Assembly: GCF_009931435.1 (NCBI RefSeq)
Contig: NZ_CP043414.1
Length of the DNA: 64,000 bases
Reading direction: 5' to 3' (one strand)
From: Escherichia coli
GTDB taxonomy: Bacteria > Pseudomonadota > Gammaproteobacteria > Enterobacterales > Enterobacteriaceae
A program made the translations under genes and the position numbers. The notes under the pieces are model-generated. The model worked only from the letters and a program-made list of their open reading frames with translations, did no database searches and was not told the DNA's origin. Of this stretch, positions 33,964-44,343 are shown piece by piece. Within the stretch, counting starts at the first letter, position 1. Every line of letters begins with the position of its first letter.

Positions 33964-34323
33964 TTACTCAGCAACTTCCTGCTTACGGTTACGCATCTTC
34001 GCGCCAATCCAGAACACCATAATGACGGACAGTACTGCCGGGAAGAAGTTAGAACCGATATCCGGATATTCCGCACGAACCACAGTGCTATACAGCAGAA
34101 CGCCGAGAATAAAACAGGCAGCTGCCAGACCCGGCAAGCCTACCGGCATAGTGCGATTAAGATAACGTTGATGCAGGCAGTAAACCGTCAGCACCAGGGA
34201 AATAATCGGGAATACAGAAAATGGCACAATGGAGCTAAACAGCGCTGCGAAAGTACCATTAATCGATAAGCCAGCCACCAGCGCCAGCAGCAGCGTACCT
34301 CTATCTTGATTTGCTTGTTTCAT
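33964..34323 (-). CDS. yijD: Inner membrane protein YijD
   Basis: 119 aa hydrophobic [53 protein letters not shown]... in the conserved position downstream of fabR. Confidence 0.9.
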
Positions 34324-34970
34324 TACTCGTCCTTCACATTTCCCGGAATAATTGCGGTTTTCTCTTGTTCACGGCGATACCAGTAATAAGCCCCTTTCGA
34401 AATCATTCGCAGTTGCAGTACCAGTCGCTCTTCTAATTGCCGACGTTGTTCGATGCCGACGTCCAACGCCTCGGCCCCCGCACTGAAGACAATCGTCACC
34501 ATGGCTTCGGCTTGCGCTTCAGTAAACGCACGCGGCATATGGTTTTCGAGTTCCAGATAGTCCGCAAGTTCCGCAATGAAGTGCTGAATTTCACGCGCAA
34601 CGGCGGCACGAAACGCAGCGGAGGTGCCGGAGCGTTCCCGCAATAATAACCGGAAGGCGTTAGGATTATTACCGATGAACTCCATAAATGTGGAGACCGA
34701 GGTGCGGATCACACTCCCGCCTTTGGCGATACGCTGACGCGCCTGGCGCATGAGTTGGCGTAGCATTAAACCGCTCTCATCAACCATGGTCAGACCCAGT
34801 TCGTCTACGTCGCGGAAATGCCGATAAAAAGAGGTGGGAGCAATGCCCGCTTCACGCGCCACTTCACGCAAACTCAGGCTGGCGAAGCTGCGTTCAGCAC
34901 TTAATTGGCTAAATGCGGCTTCCACCAACGAACGGCGGGTTTTTTCTTTTTGTTGCGCTCTTACGCCCAT
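34323..34970 (-). CDS. fabR: TetR-family repressor of unsaturated fatty acid synthesis FabR
   Basis: Track ORF 34323..35066; homologous start [52 protein letters not shown] (TetR HTH); a longer N-terminal form is possible. Confidence 0.9.
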
Positions 34971-35304
34971 CACGATGTCTGAATCCTTGCCAAAAGTACT
35001 GCTGGCACTATACCAGAGAATGAACATACTGGATTGCTCCAGTGTTGTGAATGAACCGTAACGCAATAAAACATATTTACTGCAATTCTTTGGCTGGTTC
35101 TTTTACGAACATCGGAAACCTGCCGCTTAAACGGTGAGTATTGGCGATAAAAATCCAATAAAACGTTCAAGGCAAAAGTAAGAAACAGACAAAGCAAAGG
35201 CCGCTCACGATATAGCCAGATAAATGACGGGGATCAATTGGCTTACCCGCGATAAAATGTTACCATTCTGTTGCTTTTATGTATAAGAACAGGTAAGCCC
35301 TACC

Positions 35305-36705
35305 ATGCCACATTCCTACGATTACGATGCCATAGTAATAGGTTCCGGCCCCGGCGGCGAAGGCGCTGCAATGGGCCTGGTTAAGCAAGGTGCGCGCGTC
35401 GCAGTTATCGAGCGTTATCAAAATGTTGGCGGCGGTTGCACCCACTGGGGCACCATCCCGTCGAAAGCTCTCCGTCACGCCGTCAGCCGCATTATAGAAT
35501 TTAATCAAAACCCACTTTACAGCGACCATTCCCGACTGCTCCGCTCTTCTTTTGCCGATATCCTTAACCATGCCGATAACGTGATTAATCAACAAACACG
35601 TATGCGTCAGGGATTTTACGAACGTAATCACTGTGAAATATTGCAGGGGAACGCTCGCTTTGTTGACGAGCATACGTTGGCGCTGGATTGCCCGGACGGC
35701 AGCGTCGAAACACTAACCGCTGAAAAATTTGTTATTGCCTGTGGTTCTCGCCCTTATCATCCAACAGATGTTGATTTCACCCATCCACGCATTTACGACA
35801 GCGACTCAATTCTTAGCATGCACCACGAACCGCGCCATGTACTTATCTATGGTGCTGGAGTGATCGGCTGTGAATATGCGTCGATCTTCCGCGGTATGGA
35901 TGTAAAAGTGGATCTGATCAACACCCGCGATCGTCTGCTGGCGTTTCTCGATCAGGAGATGTCAGATTCTCTCTCCTATCACTTCTGGAACAGTGGCGTA
36001 GTGATTCGTCACAACGAAGAGTACGAAAAGATCGAAGGCTGTGACGACGGTGTGATTATGCATCTGAAGTCGGGCAAAAAGCTGAAAGCCGACTGTCTTC
36101 TCTATGCCAACGGTCGTACCGGTAATACCGATTCGCTGGCGTTACAGAACATTGGGCTGGAAACTGACAGTCGTGGACAGCTGAAGGTCAACAGCATGTA
36201 TCAGACCGCACAGCCACACGTTTACGCGGTGGGCGACGTGATTGGTTATCCGAGCCTGGCGTCGGCGGCCTATGACCAGGGGCGCATTGCCGCGCAGGCG
36301 CTGGTGAAAGGCGAAGCCACCGCACATCTGATTGAAGATATCCCTACCGGTATTTACACCATCCCGGAAATCAGCTCTGTGGGCAAAACCGAACAGCAGC
36401 TGACCGCGATGAAAGTGCCATATGAAGTGGGCCGCGCCCAGTTCAAACATCTGGCACGCGCACAAATCGTCGGCATGAACGTGGGCACGCTGAAAATTTT
36501 GTTCCATCGGGAAACAAAAGAGATTCTGGGCATTCACTGCTTTGGCGAGCGCGCTGCCGAAATTATTCATATCGGTCAGGCGATTATGGAACAGAAAGGT
36601 GGCGGCAACACTATTGAGTACTTCGTCAACACCACCTTTAACTACCCGACGATGGCGGAAGCCTATCGGGTAGCCGCGTTAAACGGTTTAAACCGCCTGT
36701 TTTAA
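35305..36705 (+). CDS. sthA: Soluble pyridine nucleotide transhydrogenase SthA (UdhA)
   Basis: 466 aa [59 protein letters not shown]... Confidence 0.97.
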
Positions 36706-37605
36706 CACTTTATCGAAATGGCCATCCATTCTTGCGCGGATGGCCTCTGCCAGCTGCTCATAGCGGCTGCGCAGCGGTGAGCCCGGACGATAAACCAGGC
36801 CAATAGTGCGGCGTGGTTCCGGCTTAATACACGGCAAATAAACAACCCCATCGCGTTTGCGCTCCGGCGGCACAGCCAGTGCAGGCAGTAAAGTGATCCC
36901 GCTACCTGCCGCCACCATGTTGCGCAGAGTTTCCAGGCTGGTCGCGCGGAAGTGTGTATCTTCATCCGCCCCGGCTTCAAAGCAGAAACCCATTGCCTGA
37001 TCGCGCAAACAGTGACCATCTTCCAGCATCAGCAGTTTTTCCCCTGCCAGATCGGCCATCGGTACGCATTCGCGGTTCGCCCACGGGTGATCTTCATAGA
37101 TAGCCAGCAACATTGGCTCATCAAACAACGGCACTTCAATGAATGCTTCGCTCTCTTTCACCAGCGCGAGGATCACGCAATCGAGTTTGCCGCTGTCCAG
37201 TTGCGCCAGTAACTGGTGGGTCTGTGCTTCATGCAGATACATTTCCAGCTTTGGAAAGGTCTGGTGCAGCATCGGGATAATATGCGGTAACAGGTAAGGC
37301 CCAACCGTTGGAATCAAACCAATATGCAGCGGTCCGGACATCGTCTCACCCTGCTGGCTTGCCATCTCTTTAAGGACTTTCACCTCACGCAGCACGGTAC
37401 GCGCCTGATCCACCAGCAGCATTCCCGCCTGGGTGAACAACACTTTACGGCTGGTCCGCTCCAGCAACATCACGCCCAGCTCATCTTCCAGCTTACGAAT
37501 TTGCCCGCTAAGCGTCGGCTGGCTAACGTGGCAGGAGTCTGCCGCACGCCGAAAATGGCGGTGTTCAGCCAATGCCACCAGGTACTCAAGATCACGAATA
37601 TTCAT
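36688..37605 (-). CDS. oxyR: LysR-family hydrogen peroxide-responsive regulator OxyR
   Basis: Track ORF 36688..37635; homologous start [54 protein letters not shown] (305 aa); 3' end overlaps sthA convergently by 18 bp. Confidence 0.97.
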   Translation of the reverse strand: MNIRDLEYLVALAEHRHFRRAADSCHVSQPTLSGQIRKLEDELGVMLLERTSRKVLFTQAGMLLVDQARTVLREVKVLKEMASQQGETMSGPLHIGLIPTVGPYLLPHIIPMLHQTFPKLEMYLHEAQTHQLLAQLDSGKLDCVILALVKESEAFIEVPLFDEPMLLAIYEDHPWANRECVPMADLAGEKLLMLEDGHCLRDQAMGFCFEAGADEDTHFRATSLETLRNMVAAGSGITLLPALAVPPERKRDGVVYLPCIKPEPRRTIGLVYRPGSPLRSRYEQLAEAIRARMDGHFDKVLKQAV

Positions 37606-37609
37606 TATC

Positions 37610-37700
37610 CATCCTCCATCGCCACGATAGTTCATGGCGATAGGTAGAATAGCAATGAACGATTATCCCTATCAAGCATTCTGACTGATAATTGCTCACA
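37610..37700. promoter_or_regulatory. oxyR-oxyS divergent promoter region with OxyR binding site
   Basis: GATAGGTAGAATAGCAATGAACGATTATCCCTATCAAGCATT (ATAG-n7-CTAT type repeats) followed by a TGATAAT -10 box just upstream of the oxyS start. Confidence 0.7.
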
Positions 37701-37809
37701 GAAACGGAGCGGCACCTCTTTAACCCTTGAAGTCACTGCCCGTTTCGAGAGTTTCTCAACTCGAATAACTAAAGCCAACGTGAACTTTTGCGGATCTCCA
37801 GGATCCGCT
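37701..37809 (+). ncRNA. oxyS: OxyS small regulatory RNA
   Basis: GAAACGGAGCGGCACCTCTTTAACCCTTGAAGTCACTGCCCGTTTCGAGAGTTTCTCAACTCGAATAACTAAAGCCAACGTGAACTTTTGCGGATCTCCAGGATCCGC followed by a T-run; matches oxyS; divergent from oxyR. Confidence 0.9.
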
Positions 37810-37855
37810 TTTTTTTATTCTACAGGCCCACAGCAAGAGAGCCTGATAGTAACAG

Positions 37856-39139
37856 TTACTCAATCCGATCTTTGACAATAAAGAAGTAACACAGCGCCCC
37901 GGTGAATGTCACACAGGCCGCGATAACCAGCGCCAGATTAAACGAGTGCGTGGTATCCACTACCCAACCGGTTACGATCGGAGCAAAGGAAGCAAAAACA
38001 AAACTGCCAAAGTTTTGAATCCCGGCGATGGAAGCCACTTTTGTTTCTGACACCATCACCTGCACCAGTCCCCATGCAGATGTTCCCGCGAAATGCACGC
38101 AGAACAGCGCCATTGAGATAAACGCTACAGCCTGGGCTGGCGAGGAGGATTGCACGACCAGCAACGTGCCTAATGCCGACATCATCAAACCGCAGACAAT
38201 AGCCGTTTTACGCGTCTTCGCCAGGTCGTAGCCTTTTTTCGCCAGCCGATCGACAACAATACCGTTAACCCACATCCCGACCGCCGCCGCGAGGAAAGGA
38301 ATCGCCGCCACCCAACCGGTTTTCGCCAGACTGAAGCCTTGCTCGGCTTGTAAATAACCGGGTAACCACGCGATGTAGAGCCAACCGGTATAATTGACGC
38401 CAGAGAAACCTAAAATCATCCCCCAGGTTGTCCGATGCTTAAACAGCGCCAGCCACTCGCTAAATTGTAATTGTGGACGCGGTTTAACCGGCGCGGAGAG
38501 ATAGGTCCGTTCTTCGTCGGTCAGGACAAACTGCGCCCGGTTGCGATACCACGCGTACCAACAGATCCCAACCAGAATCCCCGCCACGCCGATGATGACG
38601 AACATTGCCCGCCAGCCCCATGCCAGCTGCATCAATACAAGAGCAGGAGGCGCAATAGCCTGACCGATAACGGTAGATGAGTTAAAAATCCCCAGCGCCG
38701 TGCCGCGTTCTTTTTGCGCATACCAGTCGGTGATCGACTTTACTCCCGCAGGCATAAATGGCGCTTCGCCAATACCCAGACCGATACGCATTAAAATAAA
38801 GTGGCTAAAAGAATTAACCATTCCTGTTAATGCCTGCATTAATGACCAGAATATTAAGCCTGCGCCTAAAACTATTCGTGGGCCAAAGCGGTCTAGCAAA
38901 ATACCGGAAGGGAGTTGTGAAAAACCATAAGACAGAGAAAATGCAGAAAGCAAAACGCCAAATTCTGTCGCCGATAATCCTAACTCGCCACGAATCGCTT
39001 CGCCTGCCACGCTCAATGACGAACGGTCGAGGAAATTAACGATCCCCGCCATAAATAATAAAACCAGCGTTACTGTCTGAATACGACGAATCCGTTGCGG
39101 TTTATTACCCGCAACACTGGTTGACACATCAACGTCCAT
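37856..39139 (-). CDS. MFS transporter, anion:cation symporter (ACS) family; sugar-acid (DgoT/ExuT/GudP-like) permease
   Basis: 427 aa, 12 predicted hydrophobic segments; N-terminal LLFMAGIVNFLDRSSLSVAG and GLGIGEAPFMPA motifs typical of ACS-family hexuronate/aldonate transporters. Confidence 0.8.
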   Translation of the reverse strand: MDVDVSTSVAGNKPQRIRRIQTVTLVLLFMAGIVNFLDRSSLSVAGEAIRGELGLSATEFGVLLSAFSLSYGFSQLPSGILLDRFGPRIVLGAGLIFWSLMQALTGMVNSFSHFILMRIGLGIGEAPFMPAGVKSITDWYAQKERGTALGIFNSSTVIGQAIAPPALVLMQLAWGWRAMFVIIGVAGILVGICWYAWYRNRAQFVLTDEERTYLSAPVKPRPQLQFSEWLALFKHRTTWGMILGFSGVNYTGWLYIAWLPGYLQAEQGFSLAKTGWVAAIPFLAAAVGMWVNGIVVDRLAKKGYDLAKTRKTAIVCGLMMSALGTLLVVQSSSPAQAVAFISMALFCVHFAGTSAWGLVQVMVSETKVASIAGIQNFGSFVFASFAPIVTGWVVDTTHSFNLALVIAACVTFTGALCYFFIVKDRIE

Positions 39140-39205
39140 TTTTAGCTCCTTGAGCGGAATTAATCGATTTGCTGACTATTCAGAAAATAATTAAGCGAAC
39201 CGTTA

Positions 39206-40417
39206 TTACCAGTTCCACAATGTGCCATCTTCCAGTCGTGCGACGGGGAGATACGCCGGGTCATACGGATATTTCGCCGCCAGTTTCTCATCGAAAGAAA
39301 TACCCAGCCCCGGTTCATCGCCTGGGTGCATATAACCTTCATCGAAGCGCCAGCTGTGCGGGAAGACTTCAAGCATTTGTTCGGAATAGCCCATGTACTC
39401 CTGAACACCAAAGTTTGGCACCCAGAGGTCAAAATGCAGCGCCGCCGCATGACAAACAGGCGATAAATCTGAAGGGCCATGCGAACCGGTACGTACCTGA
39501 TAAAGCGATGCAAAATCGGCAATCCGTCGCATCCCGGTAATGCCGCCTGCATGGGTAATCGTCGTGCGAATATAGTCAATCAGCTGCTCTTCGATTAACT
39601 GCTTGCAGTCCCAGATACTGTTAAACACTTCACCGACCGCAATCGGCGTCACAGTATGCTGGCGAATCAGACGAAAACATTCCTGGTTCTCGGCAGGCGT
39701 CGGATCTTCCATCCACAACAGGCGGTAATCCTCAATGCTCTTCCCAAAGCGCGCCGCTTCGATAGGAGTCAGGCGATGGTGCATGTCATGCAACAGATGT
39801 TCGTTAAAACCGAACTTATTACGCACCGCTTCAAATAACTTCGGTGTAAAATCGAGATACTTTTCTGAAGACCACAACTGCTCTTCCGGCCACAGGCCTT
39901 TGGTTGCCGGTTCATACGCCAGTCCTTTGCCCTTCGCCAGGCCATAAGTGGTTTGCATACCCGGTACACCGCACTGCACACGAATCGCCTTAAAGCCCAT
40001 CTGCTGGTGCTTTGCATAGTCTTCAAGGACTTCATCAATCGTGCGCCCGGTGGTGTGGCAATAAACCATCACGCCTTCACGAGAAGCCCCACCAAGCAGT
40101 TGATACAATGGCATATTTGCCGCTTTGGCTTTGATATCCCACAACGCCATATCAATGGCAGAAATGGCCGACATCGTGACGGGGCCACGTCGCCAGTAAG
40201 CACCTTTATAAAAGAATTGCCAGATATCTTCGATACGGCTGGCATCGCGGCCAATTAATTGTGGACAAAGATGATCTTTCAGATAAGAAGCGACCGACAA
40301 TTCGCGACCATTTAATGTGGCATCTCCCAATCCACAAATTCCGCTTGCAGTGGTTATTTTAAGCGTAACGAAATTACGTCCTGGGCAAGTAACAAAAACA
40401 TCTGCAGCAATAATTTT
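39206..40417 (-). CDS. Enolase-superfamily dehydratase, D-mannonate dehydratase (ManD/RspA-like) subgroup
   Basis: Track ORF 39206..40480; homologous start [59 protein letters not shown]...; very similar to E. coli RspA as I recall it. Confidence 0.85.
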   Translation of the reverse strand, partial: KIIAADVFVTCPGRNFVTLKITTASGICGLGDATLNGRELSVASYLKDHLCPQLIGRDASRIEDIWQFFYKGAYWRRGPVTMSAISAIDMALWDIKAKAANMPLYQLLGGASREGVMVYCHTTGRTIDEVLEDYAKHQQMGFKAIRVQCGVPGMQTTYGLAKGKGLAYEPATKGLWPEEQLWSSEKYLDFTPKLFEAVRNKFGFNEHLLHDMHHRLTPIEAARFGKSIEDYRLLWMEDPTPAENQECFRLIRQHTVTPIAVGEVFNSIWDCKQLIEEQLIDYIRTTITHAGGITGMRRIADFASLYQVRTGSHGPSDLSPVCHAAALHFDLWVPNFGVQEYMGYSEQMLEVFPHSWRFDEGYMHPGDEPGLGISFDEKLAAKYPYDPAYLPVARLEDGTLWNW

Positions 40418-40768
40418 CATTATTGCAATCTCCTGTGTTGTAAATAGACGCTTCAAACTTAATTTTACGCCTACTACCATACAAGAGAGAAAGGGCGATT
40501 ATTCAACCGTGATCACATTAAAAATAAAAATTTCCGCCGAGGAACAAAAATATCCTCAAATCTCACCTACACTATTAACTACCATCGTTAAAACAACGTG
40601 TTAAATAATCACATAACAAATTCCTTTAAGGAAAGGAGTTATAACAACAACAAAAGATAATCATATTTTACTTAATTCAATACGTATCGATAGGTTTATT
40701 TAAAAAGGATTTTTCGGAATGAGAGATGAAAAGAAGATACACAAGCAGGAAGAAATACGATTAATATT

Positions 40769-40904
40769 AGTTGCGGTAAGGGTAGCCGTTCCTCCCTTCC
40801 GCAACCCATTAACCGTTGAAGTCACAGACTATTTCAGGCATTTCTCAACTCAAAATAACGACAGCCAACGTGAACTTTATGGCTCTCCAGGATCTGCTTT
40901 GTTT
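40769..40904 (+). ncRNA. oxyS-like element: diverged second copy (paralog or relic) of the OxyS sRNA
   Basis: AACCGTTGAAGTCACAGACTATTTCAGGCATTTCTCAACTCAAAATAACGACAGCCAACGTGAACTTTATGGCTCTCCAGGATCTGCTTTGTTTT aligns at about 80 percent identity by eye to oxyS 37722-37817; a 5' stem-loop and a TAATAT -10-like box sit upstream; terminator stem is degenerate. Confidence 0.5.
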
Positions 40905-40908
40905 TCCA

Positions 40909-42387
40909 TCAAACAACGGAGCTCAGCGCACTGGCTACCTGTTTAAAGCGAGCAAACCGTCGCCTGAGCATGTGTGCTTTTTCTACATTCGGTTCAAGAC
41001 GAATCACGTTGAGCTGCGTAGCCTTCATGGCCTGTTTGAATCCAGAATAAGCCCCTCCTCCTACTGCCGCACACATTGCAGCCGCTCTACAACCTGACTG
41101 TTCAATATCGACAATTTCAAGAGGCATTTTGCTGGCATCACAAAACATCTGCATCCAGATTCTGGAATGCGTTGGCCCGCCAGAGAAACGAATCGTTTGC
41201 AATGACTTATCAATCTCAATAAGACGGTCCTGATGCAACAAATGAGAAAAGACAACGCCCTGATAAATAGCGTACACCAAATCTTCTCTTTTATGATGCC
41301 CACACAGCCCCAAAAATCCCCCGCTTAATGCCTCATGGTAATTCGAGCCAAACAACCACGGGAAAAAGAGAATATCATTCTGTTTCTCATACCCTCGTTC
41401 CACCCACTCATTAATCACCCGATAACTGTCAGGAAGACCCGGTAAAAATTGCTGCAAGAACCATGTTAAATTACTGGCTGATGTAGGGCTTCCCTCATGG
41501 GCGAAAAATGTACCTGGAATGCTAAATTTCCCCCATACATAGGGATAATCAGAAGGAATAATGCGATCAAAGATTCGCGTTGCAATTGACCAGGTGCCAG
41601 CAACCGCACTTAACGTTGTACTGTCATAGATGCCAGAAGTGAGCGCCGCACCAACGACATCAAAAACACCACCAAAAACAGGCGTTCCGGCGAGAAGCCC
41701 ACATTGGCTGGCTGCTTCAGATGTCACAAACCCAGCTAAATCAGCGGAGCCAATAATATCGGGAACCTTACCCGCAACTTCCTTAATCTCAAATAGGCGA
41801 AAAAGTTCAGCATCATAAGCACTGGTATATTGATTATAAAAATTACTGCCTGAAATATTGGTTTCTTCACAAGCCAGTTTGCCAGTAAGCCGTGAACGTA
41901 TGTAATCATGAACCATCAAAATGGTTCCGATGCGGCCATAATTGTCAGTCTCATGTTTTTTCAACCAATGCAATAGTGCTACAGGGTGCGATGGCCAGAG
42001 CTGTTGCAGACTACGGTGATAACTTTCGCGGTCAATTCCTTGTTCTTTCCAGCTTGCAACCAGTTGTTGTGCGCGAGAATCAGAGGAAACAATGCCGTGT
42101 CGTAAGGGCTTACCTTGCCGGTCGAGCAGGTACAAACCTTTACCATGAGCAGAAAAACTGATGCCATCAATCTGACTCGCAGTAATATTGTTATCTGACA
42201 TCGACAGTGAAATGACCTGGCACGTTACCTTCCATAACGCCTCCATGTCGCGTTCGCAAAAACCAGGACATGGGCTTAACAGAGGTAACGCCTGCGAAGA
42301 GACACCTATTTCACGTCCTTCTGCCGTATAAATTCCCGCTTTGGTTTCTGTACCACCTAAATCGACACCAATAAAATACCGCTCCAT
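40909..42387 (-). CDS. FGGY-family carbohydrate kinase (L-xylulose/3-keto-L-gulonate kinase LyxK-like)
   Basis: 492 aa MERYFIGVDLGGTETKAGIY... with FGGY N- and C-terminal signatures (HDY..., SGGPTHSRIWMQM); family assignment confident, substrate not. Confidence 0.85.
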   Translation of the reverse strand: MERYFIGVDLGGTETKAGIYTAEGREIGVSSQALPLLSPCPGFCERDMEALWKVTCQVISLSMSDNNITASQIDGISFSAHGKGLYLLDRQGKPLRHGIVSSDSRAQQLVASWKEQGIDRESYHRSLQQLWPSHPVALLHWLKKHETDNYGRIGTILMVHDYIRSRLTGKLACEETNISGSNFYNQYTSAYDAELFRLFEIKEVAGKVPDIIGSADLAGFVTSEAASQCGLLAGTPVFGGVFDVVGAALTSGIYDSTTLSAVAGTWSIATRIFDRIIPSDYPYVWGKFSIPGTFFAHEGSPTSASNLTWFLQQFLPGLPDSYRVINEWVERGYEKQNDILFFPWLFGSNYHEALSGGFLGLCGHHKREDLVYAIYQGVVFSHLLHQDRLIEIDKSLQTIRFSGGPTHSRIWMQMFCDASKMPLEIVDIEQSGCRAAAMCAAVGGGAYSGFKQAMKATQLNVIRLEPNVEKAHMLRRRFARFKQVASALSSVV

Positions 42388-42403
42388 GATCCCTCCTTAG
42401 TTT

Positions 42404-43267
42404 CTAAATATTATCCCAGCCGGCAAGGCGCATTTTCTCTTCAATCCATTGACGTGCATGAATAATTTCTAATAGAGGTTCCGTCGCTTTTTCTGTCCAC
42501 ATTTCTATCAGAAACGTTCCGCGATAATTAAGATTACGCAGGATCTTAAATAATTTAATAAAATCTACACACCCTTCACCAAAAGGAACGTCACGAAATT
42601 GCCCTGGAGAATCAGGCGTTACTGGGTACGTATCTTTAAGATGGATTGCGGCAATTCGATCAATCCCCTTTACCAGCTCACTTTCCAGTTCATTACCCCA
42701 TGCGGTCAGATTGCCAACATCCGGATAAACGGTAAACCAAGGGGAATTAATTTTTGTATCCAGGACTTTCCATTTACTAATAGAATTAATAAATGGCGTA
42801 TCCATGATCTCTACAGCACACATAACTTGTGCCGCTGCGGCCTGTTCAGCTGTCCAGGCCATCGCATCTTCAAACCAGGCGATAGTTTCTTCATTCTGCG
42901 GCTCATAATAAACGTCATAGCCTGCCAGTTGGATTGTTCGAATCCCCAAATCCTGCGCCAGGCGTAACGCCTTCAACATAATCGTACGTGCCTGCTGACG
43001 AGTATCTCTATCATGGCTACCAAATGGAAAACGCCGGTGAGCAGACAGGCACATTGTCGGAATACGGATCCCCGTTTGCTGAATGGCGCTAATAAGCTCC
43101 ATACGCTCGGTGAGCGACCAGTCCAGGCGGGCGAGTCGTTCATCATTCTCATCTACCGACATCTCAACAAAATCAAAACCGCAAGATTTAGCCAGGGCTA
43201 GTTTCTCTACCCAACTGGTATTCCTGGGTAGCGCTTTTTCATAAATACCTAACGGGTGGCGTCGCAT
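42404..43267 (-). CDS. Sugar-phosphate 3-epimerase of the xylose-isomerase-like TIM-barrel family (L-ribulose-5-phosphate 3-epimerase SgbU/UlaE-like)
   Basis: 287 aa MRRHPLGIYEKALPRNTSWVEKLALAKSCGFDFVEMSVDENDERLARLDWS...IRTIQLAGYDVYYE...HLKDT...FLIEMW; close resemblance to SgbU/UlaE as I recall them. Confidence 0.8.
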   Translation of the reverse strand: MRRHPLGIYEKALPRNTSWVEKLALAKSCGFDFVEMSVDENDERLARLDWSLTERMELISAIQQTGIRIPTMCLSAHRRFPFGSHDRDTRQQARTIMLKALRLAQDLGIRTIQLAGYDVYYEPQNEETIAWFEDAMAWTAEQAAAAQVMCAVEIMDTPFINSISKWKVLDTKINSPWFTVYPDVGNLTAWGNELESELVKGIDRIAAIHLKDTYPVTPDSPGQFRDVPFGEGCVDFIKLFKILRNLNYRGTFLIEMWTEKATEPLLEIIHARQWIEEKMRLAGWDNI

Positions 43268-44343
43268 TATTTTCCCTCACGAGTGATCAATTGTTGTTGA
43301 AAGATTTTCCGGCTCTTATTCATGTCACGCTGCAACTGCCATTTTTGTTTGATGAATTTAAATGCCAGTGCGGCGATCAATGTGATCCCCCATACCGCCA
43401 GATTGAAATGCAAACTAAGTCCCAACAGACTAAGGCCGGTAGCAATAACCTGAAGCACAAGTAAGGCACAAAAAACATGACTGACTTTACCCGCCCCACC
43501 GAATGGATCTGTGCCTCCCAATACAATTGCAAGAACCGTCAAGAGCAGATAGGAATCGCCATAGCCCATACGCGCCGAATTAAATCGCGCGAGCATAATA
43601 AGACCTGCTAATACACACAACATGCTGGATATAGCATATATAGCAATTAATACGCGGTCGGTGCGAATACCGCTAAACCATGTGGCGTTAATATTACTGC
43701 CACACATATAAATCGTTTTTCCCGTACGGGTTTTGCCGAGGAACAGAGCTAAAGCAACGGTGGTGACGATAAAAATTATCATCGGTACTGGGATCCCCAT
43801 GATAACTTCAGACCCAATACTGCGGACTACTGGTGGCATACCACTTAAAGCTGCCCCCTTAGTCAGGTAAATACCGATACCACTAATAATGGTCATGCTA
43901 CCCAATGTGACCAAAATAGGGTGAGCGCCTATATGAGAAATAATTGACCCAGTAATAGCTCCAATGATGATGGCAATAAGCATCGCCCCGACAATAGCCA
44001 GGAAGAGCCAAAACAACTGACTACCTGTAGATGCATCTGCGGGTACATATTGAATCAACAGCCAGGCCATAAACAGGCTGGTCAGATTCGCAGTACCGAT
44101 GATTGCCAGATTGAGCCCCCCGCTCAACATGGGTATAAACATCGCAAACGTGAGCAACCCAAGCTCTGGCAATTGAAATGCAATGCTCAGAAAAGTATTG
44201 CCGGTGAAAAAACGCCCCGGCATTACCAGACTAAATAACACCACCGCAATAAAACATATTGATAATAAGCCTGAACTGGTACCATCTAGTGGAAAAAATA
44301 TCCGCTTGTTCATTTCGATCCTCCCGTTAGACGAAACCAACAT
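43267..44343 (-). CDS. ABC transporter permease (CUT2, RbsC/LsrD-like)
   Basis: 358 aa polytopic membrane protein; stop/start overlaps neighbours within the ABC operon. Confidence 0.8.
   Translation of the reverse strand: MLVSSNGRIEMNKRIFFPLDGTSSGLLSICFIAVVLFSLVMPGRFFTGNTFLSIAFQLPELGLLTFAMFIPMLSGGLNLAIIGTANLTSLFMAWLLIQYVPADASTGSQLFWLFLAIVGAMLIAIIIGAITGSIISHIGAHPILVTLGSMTIISGIGIYLTKGAALSGMPPVVRSIGSEVIMGIPVPMIIFIVTTVALALFLGKTRTGKTIYMCGSNINATWFSGIRTDRVLIAIYAISSMLCVLAGLIMLARFNSARMGYGDSYLLLTVLAIVLGGTDPFGGAGKVSHVFCALLVLQVIATGLSLLGLSLHFNLAVWGITLIAALAFKFIKQKWQLQRDMNKSRKIFQQQLITREGK

Noticed and set aside
40719-41097. Plus-strand ORFs of 75 and 93 aa overlapping the oxyS-like element and the 3' end of the kinase gene
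   Set aside because: The sequence similarity here is to a non-coding RNA and the frames run antisense into a well-supported kinase gene; no evidence for translation.
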